Assembly: GCF_001194135.2 (NCBI RefSeq)
Contig: NC_068991.1
Span: forward strand, 44,261,388-44,325,387
DNA length: 64,000 bases
Direction of reading: 5' to 3'
From: Octopus bimaculoides
Taxonomy: Eukaryota
Shown here: in pieces, positions 27,046 through 41,563 of the stretch
How the letters are laid out: the number at the start of each line of letters is the position of its first letter
How positions within the stretch are numbered: the first letter of the stretch is position 1
Program-made: the position numbers and the translations under genes
Notes under the pieces: generated by a model
What the model was told of the DNA's origin: nothing
The model's database searches: none
Seen by the model: only the letters and a program-made list of their open reading frames with translations

Positions 27046-27591
27046 TATATGAGTGTCTATGTACATGAGTGAGTTTGTGTTTACCTCCTGTTCACTAGTT
27101 CATAAACAATAGCTTCGTGATGATGGTGTTCATTTACAGTTCAACATGAAAGCAAGTCTGGGTTGTTTGGTGGACAGGGAGGTTATTACTTCAATTGGAA
27201 ACAAGTTAGGTTGGTGACAGGAAGGGAATCCAGCTGTAAAAAAAACTGTCTCCACATACTCTTATCTGACATGCAAGCATGGAAAAAGTATGATGATGGT
27301 GATGTTGATGACACTTCATGAATGAGTATTAGTGAAGTGAAGAGCATCCAGTTGTTAGAATTTGGAAATGTTTAAATTTACTGTATATACTTACTCAGTT
27401 CTAACATTAGATGGTGGTAGATGTAATCAAAATGAGATGAAGTAACTAAATTTTTACATTTATTGTCTTATTAAGTATTTAAGTATGATTATCAAGGTAC
27501 CTTTTCTTTGATATTATTTTATTTCATCTGCTTGTTATTTGTAATTGAAATGACTTTACCTAATTTCAGAGATCTTAATTTTATTTTTTAG

Positions 27592-27762
<171 letters not shown>

Positions 27763-27972
27763 TGATTTTGTCTCCTCATATTATTTTATAGAATCTGACA
27801 ATATTAAACTGGCAATAAGGTGTTGCAATTACAGTTTTCCAATTGTTTGAAGTAAAATGCTACTTCAGATTCTTTTATGCTACAACTCTTTAATGAAATA
27901 AAGGTGGATGAGTTAGCACAGTACTAAAGGTCAAGTTTGTTGGAGTTCAGTTTTAATGAATCTCCCTATTGA

Positions 27973-28884
27973 ATACAGGGTCAAAAGACTGAGTGAAAAG
28001 TTTTGCAATACTTTGGTAACTTATTTGCTTTATTTGTCAAATTGCAACAGAAGTAGCTTAGCATTCAAAGTAGAGGTCATCGTGTTGCATTGTCTGAAGC
28101 CACCTTTCTGCCAGTTCTTTGATCCCACACTGATACCAGTTCTTTTCCTTCAAGGCAAAGAACTCTTTCACTGAAGTTTCCACCTCCTCTTGATTGCTGA
28201 AATATTGTGAGAGCAGGAAGTGAGCTATGGATCAGAACAAGTATTAATCCAAGGGAGCTAGGTTTAGACTATAAGTTCCTGGTGTTTTTCTGGGTCATTC
28301 AAGCAGTATGAAGTCTTACATTGTCTTACTGCAGAAGGGCTCACTTTCTGTTAACCAATGCAGTTGCAAACATCTACTTGCCCCTGTGTAGTAACTCCAG
28401 ATGTTTTTGCCGTGGTTGTGAAGATGTTGAATCACACTGGACTGTGAGATGCTGAATTCACCCGATAGTCTCTGAGTGCTACTCACCAGATTTGCCTCTA
28501 TAGCTTGGAACAAGGCCTCAGAATCCATGTCCTTGCCTGATCGCTGAGGTTCCTGCAATCCAAGTGAAATTTCTTGAACTATCTGGTTACTCTACTGTGC
28601 TTTCATTTTTCACACAACAAATGTTTTTAGTTGCTTCCACAGTATTATGGCCCAATTCAAACGTCTAAAGTATAAGTTCCCGTATTAGACTACGTTGCAT
28701 GTTCATCTGTGTGGCTTTCAAATTACATGCAGAGTTAAACAATGTGTATGTCAGTGTGCCAACTACCACAATACGACCAACCTCAGTGGTTACCTTCCAC
28801 AGCTTGAACTGCTTTAGTCATTTGAGATACATGTCACAAACTAGCACATCTATAATATTGCAAAACTTTTGCTTCACCTTTGTA
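27973..28884 (-). mobile_element. Decayed mariner-like element with terminal inverted repeats
   Basis: AAAAGTTTTGCAATA (27996-28010) and TATTGCAAAACTTTT (28856-28870) are perfect inverted repeats. Minus ORF 28316-28558 reads ..RSGKDMDSEALFQAIEANLVSSTQRLSGEFSISQSSVIQHLHNHGK (mariner HTH2 region). Confidence 0.75.
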
Positions 28885-29459
28885 AAAGGTAGGATAATAT
28901 GAAATTTCTCTTACAAAAATTGGCTTTATTACCCAAGACAGAAATCAGTATATTGAAGGTATTACTAGAAAGCAGAATAAGTTTATCTGCCAACCAAATA
29001 TTTCTACTGTGAAGTGAGTGTATGTGAACAAATTCCACTTAACTAATTTAAGCTAGTTAAACTATGTCTTATTGTTTCAAGAAATTCGTTTTGACAACAA
29101 TCTAAAATCTACTTGTGGCTGTTAAAATGCTATTTTGTAATTTTCATGAATATTCATTAGTATTATCAGTTCTTATATTGCACATCTTTGTAGTGATGAC
29201 GGTAAATGTTACCAGGAAGATTCATTTAACTCTGATTAGAATTTAGATATATTGTTACTCTTTATTTCTTGACTACCTAGCATTAACTCTAATGCTGTTC
29301 AATCAATGTTGTCTAAAAAGTAATTATTATGAACAGGAAAACAACACTAATAATGACAAACAAGGTAGTTTTACTAAATGAGAACCACAAAGTTGTTAAT
29401 GTCTGAAAAAAATTTTGCTATCTTTTTATTTAAGTAACTTTTTAATTTTTCATTGATAA

Positions 29460-29618
<159 letters not shown>

Positions 29619-31681
29619 TAACTTTGTTTTAAAGTTGTGCAGTGAAGATTCTGTACTGTTTACTACAATGTGATGAATTCAAATCCTATTGCAGAATCTC
29701 TGTAAATCAGAAAATATTTCTCACCCAATCTGTTTAATTAAATACATACTCTTCTCAGTTTATGGTTGAGTGATGACTGCTATGAAGGTCATTGGCTGTA
29801 AAAATGAATGAAATAAAAAAAACATCCTTCGACTCAAATGACCCTAGGTAAAGGAATTGTTAAAATATAAAAGATAAAAAGCATCATCAGTGCTAACAAA
29901 AAATGGTTCATCTCATTGAAATCTAGTCAGGAAAGTACATCTGTGTTTGATTTTGGCTGATCTCTCCTTGACAACCTCTACTACAGATGATGTATCATAG
30001 AAAGTGTGAATAATTAAGTTGGCTTTTGTGAGACTGATCAGTTTGGATCAGTTAAAAGCTTTTAGTTATTACTTGGTGGTTGTTCCCAGAGTGGCTGATT
30101 TCAGCCCCATTTACAGAGGCCGGATTATATCAATATATTGTGGCATCTGCTCAACAGTCAGACTAAGTGACTAGCAGAATTGCTTTAAATTATATGTTCA
30201 GTCTGTTGAGGGTGTTCCCTGCCATCTCTCTTGTATATATTGACTCTTGAGTCACTGCTGTGGAAATGGTATTGTTATGAGGCATCCCAAGCACTGCGAT
30301 CCAGGTGAGCTGTAATGATATATGATACCACTGTTGCAGTTTTAAAGGAATACAAAACTGATAACAAGAGCAAAAATTAATCCAGGCAAGTTCATGCCAT
30401 CAGCCAGTATCATCAGGGATAGTCACTGATAGACCTGTCTACCAAGTTGTTTAGTGTTTGGTTTGATCTGGATTTCCATGTGGATAGGAACTGGGACAAA
30501 ATTACAAGCATGTTGACTTGAAAGTGGGTTGAGAGGAAATTGTCTCTAAAAAGTTAGGCAGAGGTGAAAATGAAAAACACATGCATCACTTCATTTATAT
30601 ATTACTGCTTGATTATTGTACTTTATCCTATTCCTTATCAGACCGAATTATAGTATCTTCTCTTTTATTTCTTGTGCAAAGAACATGTTCTATTGATAAA
30701 TTGGCCCTTCTGTTTGCCAACATTCTCTGTGCAAGGATTGGTATGCTGTGGTGAGCCTTTGTCAGCTACATCTTCCTTCACTACTCTTTCTTTTAACTGA
30801 ACTACACTCCTGGGTCAAGTGAAGACGAGAGATGGATGCTTATCTTTGAGCACAACTAATAGTCTCAACACATCACTGTATCTGTTATTATTACAATTAA
30901 AATATGTCTACCTCATCTATTTCCTTCCTTCATATGTTTGCTAATCAGCAACAAATAGAATTCAGCAAAATTCAGTTGATATATAAAGATATCTATTTTG
31001 TTTTTCAAATATTTCTGAGTTTTATTATGCTTTTCTTTAATTTCTTGCTAGAATATGAGGCAAATATTTTTAACATTCTCACTTATTTTCAACCTCCAGG
31101 GTAACTTGGGATTTATATAAGGATGATTTTATATTACTCAGAACATATGAAATAAGGGCTAACTAAAGGTCTGAAAACAAGCATGGACACTTAGGACAAA
31201 CTTATGAAAATGCAAAGGGTTAACATATCTTCAGGACATACTTTCCTTAATACTTGACTCAAATGGAAAGACATTTTTGTTACTATAATTTTTTAAATGT
31301 TAACTTCTGTACTGTTTGTGTTCAGGTATACAATTCTAGAAGCAAAATGGTTGTTAATTTCTTTTTATTATTATTATTACTGTTGTTGAATATTTTTCTT
31401 GGGTTGGTACAATAACTTGACAAAGATAACATCCTGTTATTAAAATATATTCACCACTCTTGATATTATCCTGAGAAATCAGAAATTGTATATGTATATT
31501 TGCAAGCACAACTTCATAGTTCATGTTTTAAAATGCCTGTGCATTATGTATTTTTTTAATTTAAGAGACGTTTTTGTTATATGTTTAGGTAAATCTGTTA
31601 TAGCTTGAGGGCAAGCAAAACTATTTAATGGTGTTTATTAGGTCAAGTAGAAACAAAGGAAAATTTAATTAAGACATTTTA

Positions 31682-31890
31682 TTAACCTTTTTGTTACCAT
31701 ATTTCTGTTGAAATACACTGTCTTAATCTCAGTTAATTTGGAAAATATTGAAGAATTTAGTAAAATAATGTTATTAAGCTGGTGTTAAGAAAAAAAATTA
31801 ACATGAAATTTGTACGGGAAGTTTTAATTTAGATCACTTTAAAACAGGAAGTATGTATCATAGAATCAGGATCAGTCTCAGGCAGGTTGA
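31682..31890. mobile_element. Diverged relative of the TTAA MITE family at 3010/3626
   Basis: TTAACCTTTTTGTTACCATATTT...GAAGAATTTAGTAAAATAA...GGAAGTTTTAATT resembles copy 2; right end unclear. Confidence 0.45.
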
Positions 31891-32317
31891 TATTAGTAAA
31901 AGTACTGGGTTGAGTAGTTTTTAGTAAATATATTCTTTAGTTACTATTTACTTACTTTTTGTTTGTTATGCATGGTAACTAAAATATCTCTGCCTGGTTA
32001 ACTAAAATATTATTTTTAGAATTTGAAGAGAGTTACAAGCTCTTGCAGTCAACTTCTCATTCTTAGAGATCATTATAATCCATTAGAATTAGAATCCAAA
32101 AGACTACTGCTGAAAACTGAATTGAAAAACAAAAAAATTCAAATGTTTAAATGCAAAGATGATATGAAGTTTGGTGTAAGATTCAAGGGTATTAAAAACA
32201 AAAAGAAAGAACTTTTCAAATGAAGATTGAGTATAAAGAGAGAAATTTGTAAAAATTAGAGTACTGTGGTTTAAAATATTGTGTGTAAAAGAGAGAATTA
32301 AAAAAATTTTCTATCTA

Positions 32318-32462
32318 GGGATGACTGTGTGGTCAAGAAATTCTCTTTTGCAACTATATGGTTTATGGTTCAGTCCCACTGGGTTACCTTAGGCAGCTTT
32401 TATAACCCTAGGTCAACCAAAGTCTTGTGAGTGAATTTGGTAGGTAGATACTGAAAGAATCA
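32318..32462 (+). mobile_element. tRNA-derived SINE (diverged)
   Basis: TGGTTCAGTCCCACTGG...ACCAAAGTCTTGTGAGTGAATTTGGTAG...ACTGAAAGAA. Confidence 0.7.
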
Positions 32463-32844
32463 TGTAATGTTTGTGCATGTATATGATGTGTATGTATGTT
32501 CATATTTCCTTGTTGTGACATTGGTTGTAAACAAGTCAGTTATCATACCAAAAAAAAAAACTCAAAGAAAAGTCTTCTGTGAAAAACTTGTGCACTCTAT
32601 GAGAAATATGTTGCTTGGAAATAGGGGAGGTTGACAGCAAGAAGAGCATCCAGTAATAGAAAATCTGTCTCATAAATTTTGTCTGATTCATGCGAGCATG
32701 GAAAATTGGATTTTAGGATAATGAAGAAAATTTTGCTAGATCCATGCAATTAATAGTGAATTTATTTTGAAACTTTGTATGTAACTGATACAATTTACAT
32801 ATACCAGGATAGCTTGCTATTATTATACTTGTTATTTTTTGTAG

Positions 32845-32973
<129 letters not shown>

Positions 32974-35258
32974 TAACTATATACTGAAAATATCTTTCTT
33001 TTATTAAATACCAACTTCTAAGAGTTTTGTTTTTTTAACTTTTACACATTAAAACTTGTGGTTCTGAAATATAGTCGATATCATTAAAATAATTTAGAAA
33101 TATTGCTAGAACACTTGATCCTCTTAAAATTTCACATGTTTCTAATTAAATCTTTTAAAAATTTTAACTTGTAAAGTCATCTTTTAAACATTTAAAACAA
33201 TACAAAACTTTACCATTTTGTAATTTGGTGTAATATCTATTATTATTCATATATATGTAAATTTTACATTTATAATTAAAGATTCAAAAATATTACAAGG
33301 CTTCATTAAATTTTAAAACTATTTTATTTTGCATGTTTTTTTAAAGTATGACATTAATAGTTATAATGTTTTATTTCTTTCTTTTTTTTTGTAACAATAC
33401 TTTGTATATATAATCTTTCTTTTTAATATTTTATTTTTAAAATATTTTTTATATCTTTTTGAGTATTTGGTTTTGTTATTTATCTACTCAGCTCTGTTTT
33501 TCATTATGTAACTGTTTCTGAAGTCTCATCTGATTTTATTAACTGAATATCAATTACAATAAATTTAAGAGTAAACATCTAAATTTGATATATTTTACTC
33601 AGCACCATAAATGTATTAATAAAATTTATTCTTTTGATAGTTTAGCTAACTTTATCCTGATCAGTTATGTGGGATGTGAATCATAAGGTCAGAATATTGT
33701 ATATTTTGATCTGATATAAATATTTACTGTTAATTTTAATTGGTTCAGTCAAAGATATCCTTCATTTACTTTTTAGCTTAAATTATTGATTCATAAGATG
33801 ACATGACTACTTAGTACAATTTTCTTTAATTGCATATTATACAACAAATTTTAGTTAATCAATATTTTACATTGAGTCAGTCATGAATGAAGTGAACTCT
33901 TGTGATGCTAGACTAAGTGGATGCTTGATTTAGTGCTCAAAGCAACAATTTTTGATTTATCGTATCTATGAGGATACATATTCCATTTGCTTAAAACGTT
34001 ATGGAATCTAGTGTCAGTCCTGAAACAGGTTTCCACTTGGAAGATAGAGGAAGAAAATGTTTTAATATCTGTGAAGAGCTTCTTTTGGTTTGCTATTTGG
34101 TATTTTCTCTCTGAAATTATATGTAAATGTGTGTGTAGCATATTTGCTCCTATTGAATACCAAAAGTTTTCTCATGCTATTCAAAATGGATTTTGTTACA
34201 AGAAAATGTATTTGACTTCAATTTAAATCGCATACTTGTGTGTGTACCTTGTCTTAACATAATGTGATTGTAAATGGGCATCACCAACCTACAACTGTTG
34301 TTTGTTTCCAGTCTCTCATGAGAAAATATTATTTGCCTGGAAACAGGTTAGGGTTGTCAACAGGAAGGGCATCTAGCTGTGGGAAATCTGCCTCAACAAA
34401 TGACCCCTGCAAGCCTAGAAAAGCAAATGTTAAATAATGATGCTCTGGTTTTCAAGTACTGCTTTCTTCACTTTAGTTTGGATGTGTGTGTGCATGCACA
34501 TGTTTGCGCGTGTGTGTAAATTTCTTAACCAGAATATGTTGGTCATGAAAATTCTCAGCTAAAGGATGTCCATTTTGTGCATTAGCTATTTTGTTTTTAT
34601 TATCTTTATTATGAAAGAGTATGTGAATGCAGTTATTGTATGATAAACTTTATTTGCTTCTTATAATTCAATGCCATCTTCCATTTATAAAAAGTATATA
34701 TATCTCTGAAAGTATTTTGGCAAAGTAAATGGGAGGGAACATCATGTGAATTTCTAGAGGCTCTATAAAGTTTCTTTGGAAAAGTAGTTATCTCTTTTTC
34801 AGTTAATTACTGGAGAAAGAAGTGTGTCTGCCAAGAAGAATGGTACCCTATCCAGAACATTTCTATTTCTTTCACTTTACACTGCAAAAATTATAAGCTG
34901 TTGCAGCCATTCATTGTAGATCGTAATAGGTTTTTTTTATTATCTAGGGGCTTCTAAATAAGCGTATTTATTTGAATGTGTATTCATTTCTGATATTGAG
35001 CATAATTGTCCAATAATCTAGAAGCATAGAATAGTTCATTCAGATGAAGCAATGGGGGAGACAACCAAGATACCCACTGTTTGATGTATGACACAGTAAC
35101 TCATGTTTTGGAAGGTTCACATCTAGTCAGTTCAGGTTCGCTTTTCACTAACCCATCATTTACAAAATAGGTATGAATATTGTAAGGAAGTGAAAATACA
35201 TATTCCTCATTATCTTGTAACAAAATCTATCTTGAATAGTCTTTGAAAATTTTCAGTG

Positions 35259-35487
35259 TTTAACTCCTTGACATTTAAAGTGACTATATCTGACCTAAAT
35301 GTTCTACCAGTATTATGTTCAAACTGGCCAAGTTGGACCTCTCACATCCACCTAAAATTCCATTCTAAAAATAACTTATCATGTCATTGAAATCTTGAAG
35401 GTATGAAATAATGCATGATTAATTCAAAACAATGTGAACAGATAAACATTGCATTTGACAGAATAATCTAAATGCTAAAGGGTTAAT
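35259..35487. mobile_element. Second TTAA-bounded MITE family
   Basis: TTAACTCCTTGACATTTA ... TAAATGCTAAAGGGTTAA imperfect terminal inverted repeats. Confidence 0.55.
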
Positions 35488-35522
35488 AGGGACATGTTGA
35501 GGTTAAGTGTAGCACTTGCTAT

Positions 35523-35588
<66 letters not shown>

Positions 35589-38500
35589 ACGCACACACTC
35601 ATTTAATAGTGATGGTTTAACCTTAGGACTCTTTCTATACAGTGGACTGATTGATGGTAATGCCTGTCATTTACAAGAGATTTATTCCACTTGTTTTAGA
35701 GAGAGAAAAAGTGCTTAGAGCTACTTGTGAAAGTGCCTATGCTCATTTACATACATATGTTCAATAAACGTACATTTAGCTTCTCTATATGAATAGACTA
35801 GTTTCCTACACACACACTTTTTGAACATGAAGGAAATAAATGTGACAGAAGGAAAACAGAAGTTGGTAGATGAGAGATCTTAAAAGCTTATTGTTAACAT
35901 CAGCTGAAATAGGTTCTTTCTACTTATATTGTCCCTGAATTTTTATATATCTATCTCTAGTTAGATGTTTAATGTGAATGCGAGCAACTTGATCTGACAA
36001 TTGTCACAAACTATCATTATTGATCAGAATAAAGTAGTTAAAAGGACATACAGAGAAATAGCTGAAAGAAAAGTAGATTTTTAATAAATCTTAACTTGAA
36101 TTTTGATTGTAACTTTTAACACAAATGAGCAAACTCCTTTAATTCATTGATTTTCTTTTCTAATTGTTGACTTCCTTGTCATTTTGTCAGTTGTATATGC
36201 TTTATGTTATGACAAAGTTTTTTTTACACCATGTATATTGAAGTAATTTGTTTTTCACTTTGACCTGGATTATTAAATTTCTTTTGAAGTAATTTGACTC
36301 AAATAGTTTATTTACCTACTTTTTTAAATTAAAATTTTTTTTCCATTTTCTAAATTCATCTCTCTGTAGTCTCTTCATCTTTTCCTGCTCTTTCTGTCCT
36401 CATTCTTTCTACCATATGCTCTTTTTTCCCTTACATTTTATTTTTGTTTAATTTAATTTTTCTATTCCTCCTCACTTCCTTCAATAGCAATGAGTGAAAA
36501 CATTTTTTTCCTAATTTTTCAAACTGCTAAATACATTTAATTTATTATGGAATTATTTTAAAATTTATTTACAGAAGCTGAGTAGAGTTCCTTTTGTTTC
36601 TTTTTGCATGTTTTTTTTTTGTTATATATAAATTTTATTGTAATATCTTAATTTCTTTCATTTACTTTTTAGGCTATTTTGTAGCAACAAATGTCACAAG
36701 TAGTTGCTTATAATTTTTTCTTTGTCTTTTCTTAAACCAGGAGCTAAGTAATTCTGTCTTATCTATTTGTAATTGTGATATAAGAATTTTTTATCAAGTG
36801 CTAAATGGTAGTGGATATTTATGTTTCAATGATTTCAGATTAAAAAAAATTACATAGCATTTAGTTAATCTCACTCAAGATTTATAAAACTAATGTTGAT
36901 AGTAAGTTTTAGATCATATGATTGAAAATTAGATATGATGAAGTTAGGTTGACAAAGGACAGGCGAATGAATTTGAAGGCTGTATCTACAAACATTTGTT
37001 TATACTTCTATAGACTAGTAAATACTAGGTAGTTTGATTATAACAAGAACAATAACTAAATAATTCAAATAAAACCAATATGTTTACATAGATCCACATT
37101 TGTAAAGTGCTATGGCCAGTTGCATATTGTTGTTGCATCAAGTCTTTTGACCCTTCAAACTGCTAATCACCAACTGTGACACATTTGGTCAATCAAATGA
37201 GCTCTTTGTCAAACTATGATGAAAGTACAACTGTTGTTTGACATAACATCTGAATGCAATGACTAAGTCATCAGCTGTATATTTTGGAGTTCACTTCAGC
37301 CTCACAACCCTTTTATGTGTCAGTATTTTTACTAAAATCCTAAATTGTGTGTTAGTAGTATAGTTTCTTTCATATAATAAGCTCTTCTTAGAATTTGTAG
37401 ATAAATATAGGTTAAAAAGTTTAAACAGAAGAGGTTTTGTTTAGTGCCATTATATAATAATATATTGCAGTTCTCTTGAGAATATTTTGTTTCTTTGTCA
37501 CTAAGATCCACCACAAACCTGATGTGTGGTATGGATATCTATCTGAATTATACATATGCCTGCCTAGTCTTTAGAAACTACACAACAGACACCCACAAAA
37601 TCACAAGTATTATTTGTCCTGTTATAAGGCAAATTGTGTTACTTTTATTTTTTAAGAAATATCCAAATTTCCCTTGAACCACACCCAATACCATTTGTGA
37701 AGAAAGGAAATGATGAAAGACCAAGATAAAATGGAATCGTATTAGCAAGAGGTAGATACATATAAAGTAAGAGAAGTGTGATAGTATCAGTAAAAGAAAG
37801 ATTAAAAATTATTTGTGTAATGTCAAACTCTGTTTCTCTTTCTTCTGTCTCTCATTAATCTTTCATCTTCTCTGGTAGAATGGAATACAGAGAGACTAAG
37901 AGAAACACATAAATAGAAGGTCATAGACAGGAGAGAAAAGGAGAAAGGTGGTATCACATGAATGGAAAGGCAGAGGAGAGTGGTGGTGTGTTTTTATTGC
38001 TATTTTTTGTTGGATATCAGTGTTTGGATATTCTAGAAGTAGTAGCCAAATGGACATTTAATCACACCCTACTGCTTAACATATGCATATGTTTTGTATA
38101 GGTCAGCACAAGAAGTTTCACTTATCTTGACTTGTATGTATGTGTATATGGATACGGACACAAACACAAACAGGAAATAGAAAATGGCCTTATAATGTAA
38201 TTTGAGAAATCTTTCTCAAACTACACCATCGTGTATGTAGATGTCTACATTCCAGCTAGAACTAGTAGAAATAGCAACCAAATTTTCTTTCTCCTTTAAA
38301 TCACACCCTAGTCTTATGTTTGTAAGAATAAGCTGAGTAGAGTAACTTCTATGCAGTAGCTAGAGGTGGTTGAAATAACAATTGTATATTTTCCTAAATT
38401 AACACCCCACCATTTCATACTTGTGTAAGTCAACAAAGATTTCTATGTGGTTGCTCAACCTGCTAGAAATGGTGGTAGATGCATCACCCTTAAGATTCCC

Positions 38501-40183
38501 CATAATCTGGATGTCAATCATGTCAGGAAGATTTGCTAGATACAGATTTTTCCATCTGACTGTAATGTGTACTAAAATCAGCAATGGCTGCCTGGTATTT
38601 TGTTGATACTATAACTGAGCATCTCTGTGCACCTCTGCTAATATGTGTGCATGTTCATGTGTACATGTACATCTATGTACATATATATGAGAGTGTGTGT
38701 GTGTGTATCTATATATATCTATATATACAGAGAGAGGTAGGGGTGGGTGCATACGTGTGTGTCTATACATATATAAGCATACACTATGTATGTATGTGTG
38801 TTTGTATTATCGTTGATGATATCTTTTCATGTCACAAATTTTATTCCATTGAAATTAATGTTTTGAGATGGCTTATAAGTCTATTTTTGACTTAAAAGAC
38901 TGTGCTAACAGATATATTGGAACCAACTGAGTCTAAGAGTCATAGTAGTTGGCCTGCTTTTCCCTGTTGATATTCTCTGTCAGCCTTCCCTTCTCGGCTA
39001 CTTTCAAGGAAGTAGCACATTCTCGTACAGAGTAAATGATCAGATGCATCAGTAGTCCATGAGGAAGGTGTGTGTAAGCTTTCTTTGGTTGATCCTTGTA
39101 TTGCCACTTCTGATTTCCAACTAAATGCATTTCTTCTTGCTATCCACCATAATCATGATACATATACGTATGTTGTCATCTTCACAAAAGATTCAAACAG
39201 CATTGTTTTACTAAAAAAACAACATTGGTGCTCTGTTCAGTACAACTGTTGAAATTGAAGGTTTTCTCTTCTCCCCATTACATTTTAACATCTTAAAAAA
39301 AATTTGAATAAAAAACACAGTGTATTCCATGCCTTCATTTACATCATCAGATTGCATCTTGCATATTGATGAGGATACTACCTTAATGAGAGGCAGTAAA
39401 GCAGAAGTCCAAGATCTCATCACCTGACTGTGATGAGCATCAGCAGTGTATAGAATGGAAGTCAATTTAGAAAAAAGCAAGATACTGATCCATAGCCACA
39501 ATCAGAATGTAGTAATTAACATCATGCTGAATGGACAAAATCATGGAAAAGTGAATAACTTTAAGTACATTGGCTGAGGGCAGCAGCCCCATAAAAAGTT
39601 AAAAGCAAAACTTGATATAGTATCATCTGCAGTGATGGAGCTGAATGCCATATGAAAAAGTAGTTCCATTAATTAACCGATAAACCTCACACTGTACATG
39701 TGCCAAAGCTGGACACTCACAGCAGTTGAGGATGTATGCTTCAGAAGGCTTTTTTTATGCATCTCATATACATAGCACAAGAAAATCAACTTTGTTAGGC
39801 AGCAAATCACCAACTAATGCTAGCAAACAAGAACTCCTTGTAACAGTGAAACACTGAAAGCTCTCCTGGTATGGACATTTATCCAACACCATCAAAGACT
39901 GGCAGGGTTTCAACCCTATGTTCCTTTCATGTATAATGAAGGCTAGAAGCCAAAATGGATAAATTATAAGATGCTTGTGTACAAAGTGTGCTGTTGCATG
40001 ATAGGGAGATGTTGGGCTTCAATGTAGATTTGCAAAGAGAGAAATGAAATGAGAAAGTTCTTCCGGATGAGTAGCATTAGTGTGGGTGAATGAGTAGAAA
40101 TGAGCTGAGAGAAAACCCAAATGTAAGTAGAATCAGCTACCCATGCCAGCATGGAAAGTGGCTGTACTTGCTAGAGTAAAAGT

Positions 40184-40219
<36 letters not shown>

Positions 40220-40948
40220 AAGAGAGTGAGTGAGTGAGTGAATGAATGAATGAATGAATGAATGAATGAATGTACATACATGCAACCCTCTCATCAGGTA
40301 CATGTTTGTAGATGTAAGAAAAGTTTGCTCATTCAAATTTCAGAAAGGTGGGATTCGTTTTTTTTGTTTTGTTTTTTGTTTCTTTTTGTAGATGGAATAA
40401 ATTTAATTTATATAGTATGATGCCTTTAGTTCAATAATATTTTCCTTTTTATTGTCTTTTCCAATTTTGTTTATTATTTTATTTCAGAATAACTGGAAGG
40501 AAGAAAGGAAAATAAAGCCTAGTTGTTCATAATAGTAGTGTAGTGATGCATCCAAATTAGTTTTTCTCATTTGAAGAATTCTTCTTGGAATTTTAATATT
40601 AGCTGAAAGAACCAAATTAAAATGGTTATATAAAATAATTTCTACAATTGTTCAAATGTTGTGAAAGTGTTTGCTACTTGTTACACTGAAGAGTTAAAAA
40701 GTTTCTTGAAATATTTCCAAAAGTCTATCTTTTACCATTTGAAATGAAAACAAATACATTGATTACATAAGTAATAATTATTGCTCTATAACATATTGCA
40801 GTTTCAAAAAGAAACATTAATTCAAAGAACCTTTCAATTATACTACAGTTGTCTTGCATTAATTAGTCACTCCATAATTGATTTTGCTTTTATATTTCCA
40901 ATACTGATTTGGATGCATTGCTACAAATTTGTTAATGATTGTTGTTGT

Positions 40949-40955
40949 TACTAAC
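40949..40955 (+). promoter_or_regulatory. Consensus branch point TACTAAC for exon A
   Basis: Perfect TACTAAC with branch A 33 nt upstream of the acceptor AG (40986-40987), followed by a pyrimidine tract. Confidence 0.75.
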
Positions 40956-40987
40956 AATGGATTGTTCTCTTCCTTTCTGCGTAACAG

Positions 40988-41087
40988 ACAATAATGAAGG
41001 ACAAGTGGATGAATATAGGTTTCGAGGATGATGAACTTAAGCCTTATGTAGAACCACCACCTGACATAAATGATCCACTTCGAATAG
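40988..41087 (+). CDS. MARK: MARK alternative exon A (100 nt): [33 protein letters not shown]
   Basis: gtaacag|ACAATA...CGAATAG|gtaatt; phase 0/1; matches the MARK kinase C-terminus/CD motif/linker (vertebrate type IMKDxWxNxGxExxELKPY). Confidence 0.93.
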
Positions 41088-41563
41088 GTAATTGTATATA
41101 TATAAAAAAAAATGATGATCCTATGAGCTTGTTCAGATTTTGTTTCCATACCATGGGAGTGGAAGCAACAGGCTGAACAGGCATTATTATTCTTATCATC
41201 ATCACTACCACCACCACCACCACCACCACAACCACCACCACCATTATGTTTACAATTACTTTTATTTGTCGCCCTGCTGATCTAGTGGCTGTGCTAAGGG
41301 ACATCCTGCGAAGGTCTGCTGCTGCAGTGCAATATGTCTCTTTTCTCAGGACACCAGGATTCTTACAGAGAGATACCTGTCAAAAATCCTTTGCATGCAG
41401 TTTTTTTTTTTTTTTATTATGCATTTTTTTTTTGTTTCAGAGCTTTGTCGTATTTGTTGTTGTCATCTCTAAGTGGGCTTTGTGGTTGTCTCTTCCACCC
41501 ATTTGTTTGCTTGATTATCTTATTTTTTATGTGCTGAAAATCAGTTTGTCTTTTGGTCTACAG

